From Bacillota bacterium (GTDB taxonomy: Bacteria > Bacillota > Clostridia > Christensenellales > SZUA-584): a DNA stretch of 64,000 nucleotides. Under the pieces are notes generated by a model that did not search any database, had not been told where the DNA came from, and saw only the letters and a list, made by a program, of their open reading frames with translations. The stretch covers positions 25,315 to 89,314 of the forward strand of contig JAEWCC010000007.1 of the NCBI GenBank assembly GCA_023390815.1, read 5' to 3'. The position numbers were made by a program, and so were the translations under genes. Positions 19,101 to 25,100 of the stretch are shown piece by piece. How positions within the stretch are numbered: position 1 is the first letter of the stretch; every line of letters begins with the position of its first letter.

Positions 19101-19920
19101 CCCATTCCCCGACCAGCTTTGTGCCCCGCAACTGGATCTCGCCCGCGATATCGTTCATGTCAATATAGGCCCATCCGGCGTCCGCGCTCTCCCGGTAAAC
19201 GTATCCGGAATACAGATACCAGTGGTTCGGCTGAACGCTGACCGCCGCGTGTGTGGCAACGCCGACTCCGCCGGGCGCGACCCGCATCGATGCGGACCCG
19301 CTGTGCGCCTTCGAGGTGTCGACGCTGGCCTGTGTGTTGGCGCTCCAGCCTGTCACGCCGTTTTCCAGCCCGCCGTTGCTGACCAGCTCGGTCGGCGCCA
19401 TGTTGATCTTGCGCACCGTTATGCCGTCGAACAGTACGGTTCCTTTTGCCACCGCGCGGAGGATCACGCTAGTGGTGCCACCGCTGCTAAACGTGCCGCT
19501 TAAGCTTACCCACTCGCCGGATACGGTGGCTTCCAGCGTCTCGCTGACGCCGCTGCCGGTAACTTGCAGCCTGGCTACGTCCTCCGCGGCCCCTTTGCGG
19601 ACCCATGCAGAAAACAGATAGTCGGCCCCTGCTTCCACGGTCAGCGCGTCCGTTACCGCGGCCTCCTCTGCCGTCCCGCTATACGCGAGCGCATTGCTGC
19701 CCTCCCGCGCGCCCTGATTGGTCACCGTGAAACCATCAGGCAATGTCCAGCCGTTTAAGCCTTCCGCCGGCGGCGTCCATGTTTCGAACGAGCCGTTGTC
19801 AAGGCTATTTCCGGCGTCTGCCTTGGCTGACGGTGCGCCTGACCCTGCGAACAGGAATACCATGAGCACCACCAGTAAAGCTGTGGTCTTGAGAACCTGC
19901 TTTGAATTCCTGGCTTCCAT
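13156..19920 (-). CDS. Secreted multimodular glycoside hydrolase, GH36-like (clan GH-D alpha-galactosidase / alpha-N-acetylgalactosaminidase type)
   Basis: Signal peptide MEARNSKQVLKTTALLVVLMVFLFAGSGAPSAKA. 4-5 CBM4/9-like jelly-roll modules (NGSFE/NGGLE starts). Two NPCBM-like modules. Catalytic region with WWMDAGWY, LYREDFN and SCASGGNRND (GH36-type nucleophile and acid/base contexts). One Big_2 and three FN3 modules. RBS AAAGGAGAAGG. Confidence 0.7.
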   Translation of the reverse strand: MEARNSKQVLKTTALLVVLMVFLFAGSGAPSAKADAGNSLDNGSFETWTPPAEGLNGWTLPDGFTVTNQGAREGSNALAYSGTAEEAAVTDALTVEAGADYLFSAWVRKGAAEDVARLQVTGSGVSETLEATVSGEWVSLSGTFSSGGTTSVILRAVAKGTVLFDGITVRKINMAPTELVSNGGLENGVTGWSANTQASVDTSKAHSGSASMRVAPGGVGVATHAAVSVQPNHWYLYSGYVYRESADAGWAYIDMNDIAGEIQLRGTKLVGEWEHVSGLWNSGSRTSLSLRVVMENNWDNPNSGKAPVGNVWLDDISFMQVDVGDELLQDGTFETSGWQIPDAGKAEYSEAIRLYGDGSLYMHLADNTSGDAVAVANDGEAIEVEPNTDYFLSGYLYRTGGNRTISGYIEVLDGDETVFSVTGTRYNCTVWDISQASDPTGHWEYVSGLWNSGSHTSVKIRAVARANAATVTDSVYFDNISFRKAASSIAGENILPNGDIEDYSFNYSAAGWTLPKGAVITSEQKNSGGVSLQIVSEDTLSVQSDAAAVGKYRDYVVSGWVYKTNASDTASISVLNGTASVSLVADAPTGQWILLKKVFKTGANASVRVKLEATGAVYFDDIAVKEAEINDTNMGKIYLSDLPWESYRIEGSYQPWYDDDTTGNGMINICDIVSYEKGVRTHPGSSYDAEVVYDISGYGCTSFTAYVGRDRNGRPGQTQFKVYVDGVQKAQSPIMRWGDIHYFDVDITGASELKIVQTDGGDGYSYDGGSWGNAAINYPAGEGMVRITSHAVRGNLIDVSDTATLSGFARADAIKLYANGEYTGVTAPVTDGKWQAQVNNLPGGAVTIKAESIVNGEAMSSYEVEIDRGGDVVNVADMVWGRTTFNPPDSLRRGFSYLNDYLSVGGGAVITKNGFETHPLNAPVEQSYADLDLNLKGSGLTYFQSAVGLCDWRATTLGHVEFIVLADGQILARSGALYTGEMYYLTADIPADCETLTLRVTNVNGDYAWCSADWCEPVLAASRDALYRNPINAYNPDTQKTVVNISGANMHFEATEPFNALVLTEAELTEPVTVKVYQWLNTYLRTLQSAPMLQAQMMPGEDMAFVPLFSTLDPGEYLLVLDGPGTIGLYPSTTSVSYVDGEVQGAALGMQFMFTEQAEPYFSSVTGEVGEANYDNTASQTEKQRAETQYEGYLSDLSTFPATFTIGETDYSGFGADFNVNDQTTTTADGIETTVTKLTHISGLEFELKSAYYPAYAAFDWTIYISNNTDSNSPVVSNLSGANLVFEGADPYLLTSYGDSRQFLPDERRIAGHLEYGPTSGRSTEGAFSYYNMEYGEKGVLIGIGWSGNWKAVFDNTADRGKTHVTIGQSAFKSYLKPGETVRTPLVAFVMYDGRDKDRAGNLWRRWFIDCNMHKVAEPGEEPHLFEPVISAGTSVQYAEMTLATDANQVEAISRYEDNGIPINFWWMDAGWYYNVDDQSLPPWGWTATGTWKVDTSRFPSGMSAISDYAESVGVKTLLWFEPERVGMPVSSLKTDGSTIHPDWLLAGTLVNLGDPDAVDWIANRIADIMEKGGISLYREDFNIQPAGNWRAGDSAQGENREGITENLYVQGHLRLWDIILERLPNAIIDSCASGGNRNDLEAMRRGVPVHKTDYNYGDLTAQQGYALEMAPWMPYFGTKADSNDTTFSDKYNLRTAMVPWMVLNYNSDKPIDWDIVRDAVEEHEKIAPYIYDDFYKLTEYSRSESKWMGWEYLSRDKSDGYAIMYRRSSGPVSQTVKLKGLRPGALYRIWFEDRNDYFTARGRDLMNKGFEMSLPAAKTSDIIYIQEASQPFTPRALVANITKTTAGGQYREGIRESEDMYYVDIRLNMWLRETVLGNDEGSVEQSVQADYQDVITINGKTVTQLLAEDPDSVRMNYDVVNNILSVFVAKTSSADFRPGKENVIGLSQELATYEGVHLAADCEFTYDGETDTWAQTETPPEEVVLVTGITVTGETIVQPGDTEQLTAVLSPEHATVTGVNWSTSNTKVATVDEQGLVTAHKIGRVVITAAAKDGSGVMGSIKIMVKPMVQAPDITVVSAGFDSVEVSWNEVPDASGYEVYRAGSRLAPYVKVFTAQPGTLSFTDTGLWTGQMYYYKVCAFKTVDEETAYRRFSEVKTTTPKLSAPTITAEPVTDGSVAITWDSVPGATGYEIWRSSWENGPYKLIGSTCDTSAMDYDADAGVTYYYKVCAYRSFGYIQVYGGFSAVESARYRE

Positions 19921-20086
19921 ATTCCTTCTCCTTTACTTATTATTTTTTGTTTCACCTTTTTTTTCAGGCGAAACAAACCTTTATCGAAAAGCAGAAAAAA
20001 TCTGCTGCCTTTACCCGGTGTCATGAAATCCAAAGGCGGACCAATAGAATGTCCTTCTGTCAGGTTTAACCTCATCCGGCACAGGA

Positions 20087-20102
20087 GCGTAACCGGTTAC
20101 GC
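20087..20102. promoter_or_regulatory. Palindromic operator candidate, copy 1
   Basis: Perfect 16-bp palindrome GCGTAACCGGTTACGC, 167 nt upstream of the glycosidase start. Confidence 0.5.
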
Positions 20103-20176
20103 CAAAGCAGCTTTGCTTCTTAAACTGTCCATACGCATTTTGCCCTGGTGATTTAAAAATTCTGTCCGAATCATCC

Positions 20177-20194
20177 GGCGTAACCGGTTACGCC
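20177..20194. promoter_or_regulatory. Palindromic operator candidate, copy 2
   Basis: Perfect 18-bp palindrome GGCGTAACCGGTTACGCC. Confidence 0.5.
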
Positions 20195-20267
20195 AAAACA
20201 AAGCTAAAATTCATTTTTTTTGATTTAAATTTAGATCTGGCAGGGATTTCGCTTCTACGACCTCGGG

Positions 20268-20375
20268 TCATCTCGGCTGAAAGGGACTATTCTCCCTATC
20301 GCTTCCAATGAGCATGAGCATGGCGACAATCAGAGCTGCGGAAGTTTTTGCATATACGCGACCTTTTTGTTTCAT
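20268..20375 (-). other. 35-codon ORF resembling an orphan signal peptide (possible gene remnant)
   Basis: Own translation: MKQKGRVYAKTSAALIVAMLMLIGSDRENSPFQPR*. Lies between palindrome copies 2 and 3. Too short for the ORF track. Confidence 0.25.
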
Positions 20376-20471
20376 CTTTGACATAACTCATTTTCTCCTT
20401 ATGCTTTAGTGAAAACCCAGAGAATAGAGTAACCGCGAAACGATACGCTCCTGATCATCTTATATTTTAGA

Positions 20472-20487
20472 GCGTAACCGGTTACGC
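20472..20487. promoter_or_regulatory. Palindromic operator candidate, copy 3
   Basis: Perfect 16-bp palindrome GCGTAACCGGTTACGC. Confidence 0.5.
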
Positions 20488-20688
20488 CAAAGCGACTTTA
20501 CTTTTCTTAATGCTGAAGTTCTATTTTTAAGGTATATATAAACAATTCCCATGGTACTTAAACATATTTTTCTTATTTTTCGATCAGTCAAGTGGGCTAT
20601 ACGCTCCTGCATGAGGTAGGATTTCGCGATATCTATCACCGATAAGTGCTTTTAGACTTATAGTATCAAAATCACGGAATATAAAAAA

Positions 20689-20723
20689 TCCCCGGAAGTG
20701 CCTATTTATAACGTTTCCGGGGA
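20689..20723. terminator. Rho-independent terminator hairpin (strongest on minus strand)
   Basis: TCCCCGGAA (20689-20697) pairs with TTCCGGGGA (20715-20723). The minus-strand reading is followed by TTTTTTAT, the plus-strand reading by TTTGTCT. Confidence 0.6.
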
Positions 20724-20733
20724 TTTGTCTACT

Positions 20734-21168
20734 ATTCCCACTCGCAAATTCAAAGCTTAATCTAAACAATTCCGTTTAGATTTCGTGATGATTCTTTAAT
20801 CCATCTGATACCAGTTATCCACCTTCTACGGCGTTCGCTGATCTTCTGTTATCAAAAAGTTATCAATGTGCTGTTATCAATCCTCATTATGACACTTGCA
20901 TATGTGAATAATTAAACTCACTTTTTACTCTATTTTAATATACTATCACGAAACTGTTCAAATTTCAAACCGCTAAACTGCAGCATGATAAACGATTTGG
21001 GCCTTAATAAATATAGAGATGTTCAAAATACTACATTTTTACTACACTTTAAAGCAATAACCCAAATAAGCAAATGTGTTTACATTAATTTGACCCAATT
21101 TAACGCCATAAATATCCCTTAAAACAGGCCTTTTAGCCCTCCCCCGTATATAGTTGAACTATAAGCAT
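20734..21168. repeat. Repeat R2 long form, copy A (~435 bp, non-coding, AT-rich)
   Basis: Aligns along its length, by eye at roughly 75-80 percent identity, with 33436..33852. Starts ATTCCCACTCGCAAATTCAAA. Contains three GTTATCAA boxes, a TTATCCAC box and a TACTACATTTTTACTACAC direct repeat. Confidence 0.8.
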
Positions 21169-21352
21169 GCCGCCTGGGAGGCGATATCCTCGGGTTTCTA
21201 TGAGGCTTTCGGAAGCTCGAACCAGTCGTGATATCTAAGTCTTTTAAAAGTATACTTTGCACGTCAATAGTTTGTGTTAGTAGGTATGCAACACATTACA
21301 CGCAATATAAATGAACCCATTGCTTAAGATCTCGTTCTAATACATTCCTATA

Positions 21353-21381
21353 TTTACTCTTGTTACATTACATAGTATAAT
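21353..21381 (+). promoter_or_regulatory. Sigma-A-type promoter candidate for the TetR/surface-protein operon
   Basis: TTTACT (21353-21358), 17-nt spacer, TATAAT (21376-21381), 68 nt upstream of the TetR ATG. Confidence 0.4.
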
Positions 21382-21448
21382 ATATTCATTGACCGCAGTC
21401 ATATAAATTACTGAGCAAATTATCTGTTTAAAGTTTGGTGTAGAAGAA

Positions 21449-22060
21449 ATGGCATATAACGGAGAAAACAGAAAAACGAACGCTCAAAACACGAAGCAAA
21501 AGATCTACGAAAGCGCAACGAAATTATTCTCGTCCAAGGGTTTCAACGAGGTAAGCGTGGACTCTATTGTAAAAATGGCGGGCGTTTCAAAGGGCTCTTT
21601 CTATGTTCATTATGCGTCAAAAGACGCCCTTGTTACTTCTTTAATAGAAGATCATGTGGCAAAAGTAGATATGGATTACAGAAAATTTCTTGATGCCTAT
21701 CCAAGCGATTCTTCGACGGAAGCGTTATTTCTTGCGCTTATTGCTAAAATCGCTGATGTGTTGATGGATATTGGCTGGGATAAACTTCAAGTATTATATC
21801 GGGCGCAGATCACCAAGGATGTGGATACAGGGGCAGTCACAAGTTATAACAGAGAGATTTACAAAATGTTCAGCGATATGCTACACCGTGGAATTAAACG
21901 GGGAGAATTCAAGACCGATATTCCGCTCGATGTTCTGACCAAGCATTATATTATGGCGATCCGGGGAATTACCTATGAGTGGTGCATTCGTTATCCTAAC
22001 TTTGATTACAAAACGGAGGTACTTACGCATTTTAAGCTCGTGCTAAAAGGATTGCGTTAG
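21449..22060 (+). CDS. TetR/AcrR family transcriptional regulator
   Basis: N-terminal TetR HTH (IYESATKLFSSKGFNEVSVDSIVKMAGVSKGSFYVHYASKDAL). 203 aa. Confidence 0.85.
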   Translation: MAYNGENRKTNAQNTKQKIYESATKLFSSKGFNEVSVDSIVKMAGVSKGSFYVHYASKDALVTSLIEDHVAKVDMDYRKFLDAYPSDSSTEALFLALIAKIADVLMDIGWDKLQVLYRAQITKDVDTGAVTSYNREIYKMFSDMLHRGIKRGEFKTDIPLDVLTKHYIMAIRGITYEWCIRYPNFDYKTEVLTHFKLVLKGLR

Positions 22061-22127
22061 CGAATTGCGTATTATTATAGCGACTGATGCTTTGATTATT
22101 GACTGTATATTAAGGGGGAAGAGGAAC

Positions 22128-25100
22128 ATGAAAAAAAAGCTTTTGGCATTGCTATTATGCATAGGGCTGATGTTGATTTTTTTACCTCAGACTGTGCAGG
22201 CGGCAGATGATTATACCTATATTGATCAAAATGGCGCAACAAAAACGACTGAGGGATTAACTGTTACCCCCATTACGGCCGACACTGCTACGTTGGCCAC
22301 CGGCTGGTATGTTGTGGACAGTGATGTGACCCGAGACGGTACCATCACCGTGAGCGGCGACGTTCATTTAATTCTCATGGATGGGTTTACGCTGACTGTA
22401 ACGGGCAGCACTGATAACGCAGGGATGAGGGTGTCACCAGGGAACAGTCTGAACGTTTACGGACAAGCGGCAAGAACAGGTACGCTGGATGCCCAAGGCG
22501 GCCTCAATGGTGCAGGCATGGGCGGCGGAAAAAACAGTTCGTCAGGTAGCATAACCATCAACAGCGGTTTTGTGACGGCAATTGGGGGTAACTACGGCGC
22601 TGGAATCGGCGGAGGGTATTATGGTAACGGTGGTACGATCAATGTAGCGGGCGGAACAGTTAACGCCACAGGTGGCAATGCCGGACTTGTCATCGAAGGC
22701 ACTTCTCTATACACCGGTGCAGGCATTGGCGGCGGGTACAATGGTGCAGGCGGAACTATCACAATATCAGGAGGCACCATTAACGCGGTAAGCGGGCCAG
22801 CTGATACTGCCACCGGGGCAGGTATCGGCGGCGGCAGCGGAAAAGACGGTGGAACCATCACCATATCCGATGGAATTGTAACCGCCAGAAGTGCCCGGAA
22901 TGGCGCGGGTATCGGCGGCGGATACTTTGGCTCAGGCGGTACCATAGCGATTAATGGCGGAAATATAACGGCAAGTACCCCCTATCGGGCGGCGGGCATC
23001 GGCGGCGGAGATATGAGAGACGGCGGATCGATCACGATCCGCGGCGGCACAATCAACGCCTACTCTGAATACGGTGGCTCAGGTATTGGCGGCGGTTATC
23101 TTGCAACCGGCGGAACAATCAATATTCAAGGCGGTAACATCACAGCCTCGGGCGGTACGTGGGGGGCCGGTGTCGGCAGCGGAGGAGAATATAACGCTGG
23201 AAATATCACGGTATCAGGCGGTGTTATAACGGCAAACGGCGGAGATTTTGCCGCCGGTATTGGTGCGGGAGGAACAAATTCAGCCAATTCTCATAATGGC
23301 GGAACAATTAAAATCCTTGGCGGCAAAGTAACTGCCAAAGGCGGTGCCTCGGGTATGGACGCCGGACTTGATATCGGGCGGGGCCGCAATGGAATTAACG
23401 GTACGGTATTGATAGATAATGCCGCACAGGTCACGCTGGCTGCCAATGGCATAGATTCTTCAGTCACAACAGTGGGAACATGCATCCTTCAAGGCTCAGC
23501 TTCGGGCTCGCTTTTGGGTGCATATGAAGACGGCACAAAGATAGAAGGTGCATTGATCGATGTGAGCAATCCGTCGCTTACGAGCGGCACCGACTACACG
23601 GTCAGCGGTGATACCGTCACTCTTTCCGGCAGCGGCAACTCGTATGTCCTCTTTGGCAGCACAACCAGCCGAAACGTCGTCGTATCATCGGGCAGCAGTG
23701 CGAATATAGCTCTGTTTGCGGCGGATATAAGACCTGCATCCGGATGTGCGCTCAATATGACGGGCGCAACCGTTAATATGAGGCTTGTGGAATCTAATAC
23801 GCTCACCAGCACCAGTGGTTTCGCTGGCCTTCAGGCTCCGGCGGGTTCAGTCCTGACCATAAACGGCAGCGCCACAGCCACGCTGACCACGCAGGGCAGC
23901 GCAGATGCCGCAGGCATTGGAGGCAGCAGCAACAATTCGGGCGGTACGATCACCATTAACAGCGGTACTGTGATAGCGACCGGCGGTTCAAGAGGCGCAG
24001 GTATAGGTGGTGGTTATTACTATAGTACAGGCGGCACCATCACCATTAATGGCGGAACTGTCAAAGCGCGTGGCGGCAGTGGCGCCGCAGGTATCGGCGG
24101 TGGCGACAGAGGCTCAGGCGGTAGCATTACAATAAATGGCGGAACGGTTGAGGCTTGGGGCGGAGCGGCGAGTGTCTCCAGCGGCGCTGGTATCGGCGGC
24201 GGCGTCTTTGGCAATGGTGGTACCATCACCATCATCAGCGGTACCGTCATTGCTCACGGCGGCGGCGACGGCGCAGGCATCGGCGGCGGCAGCAGCAGTT
24301 CGGGCGGCAACATCAACATCAGCGGCGGCAACGTCAACGCTTACGGCGGCAGTTATGGCGCTGGTATCGGAGGCGGCTGGGCCGGTAGCGCCGGTAACAT
24401 TTTCATCAGCGGCGGAACGGTTATGGCGCAGGGCGGTAGTAATGGGTCGGGTATCGGTGGTGGTGGTCGCGGCGGCACGGGCGGCTCTGTTGCCATCAGC
24501 GGTGGAACGATAACGGCTTATGGCGGCAGTGCGGGCTACTACGGCGGCGGCGGTGCGGGTGTCGGCGGCGGCGGTGGCACCGGTAGTATCGGTAACGGCG
24601 GTGCAAGCGGCGAAGTCACCATCAGCGGCAGCGCAGCAGTGACTGCGCGTGGCATTGATGGCGGCGCGGGTATCGGCGGCGGCGGCACGGGTGGTGGTGT
24701 TGGCGGCGCAGGCGGCACCCTGTCGGCAGACGGCGCTAACGTAACCGTATCGGCAACCGGCAGCGGCAACGGATATGACATCGGCTCCGGCAATAGCAAT
24801 ACAACTGGCGGCAGCCTGTCCGTTACCAACAATGCTGCTGTTATGATGAACTTAAACGGCACAAATGCAAACGCCAGCTTCATCACAGGCACTGTCGGAG
24901 GCGATGGGGCAGGGCTTAAGGCGGGAACATATCTGAATGCTCAAAAGCTGTTGTCCTTCAGCGCTGTCAATGTTTCTCCAAGCTCGGGTGCTGATGCTTT
25001 TGATACCGTTACTTTGAATGCAGTTGTAGATGGTATATCAGACACTCTCCCCGAAGGACTCATTTCGTTTAAGGTTAACGGCGAGGAGATTGGACAATGC

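Noticed and set aside
20087-20487. Possibility that the repeated GTAACCGGTTAC units are a CRISPR array
   Set aside because: There are only three copies with irregular spacing (about 90 and 295 bp). The units are perfect palindromes and no cas genes are present. An operator interpretation fits better.
20800-20890. Cluster of TTATCCAC / GTTATCAA boxes in the long repeat as a DnaA-box replication origin
   Set aside because: Only one box is within one mismatch of TTATCCACA. There is no adjacent AT-rich unwinding element, rep gene or dnaA gene. The boxes are equally compatible with recombinase arm sites or iterons, so this is left as a descriptive note.
21200-21240. GGTTCGA(A/G) T-loop-like strings (also near 28425-28435, minus strand) as tRNA or tRNA-derived att sites
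   Set aside because: I could not fold a cloverleaf, acceptor stem or anticodon arm around either site.
22619-24892. Pro-rich minus-strand ORFs and Arg/Gln-rich plus-strand ORFs inside the Gly-rich repeat region
   Set aside because: These are the reverse-complement or off-frame readings of GGN-rich codons. The in-frame product has a signal peptide, regular repeats and a C-terminal anchor.
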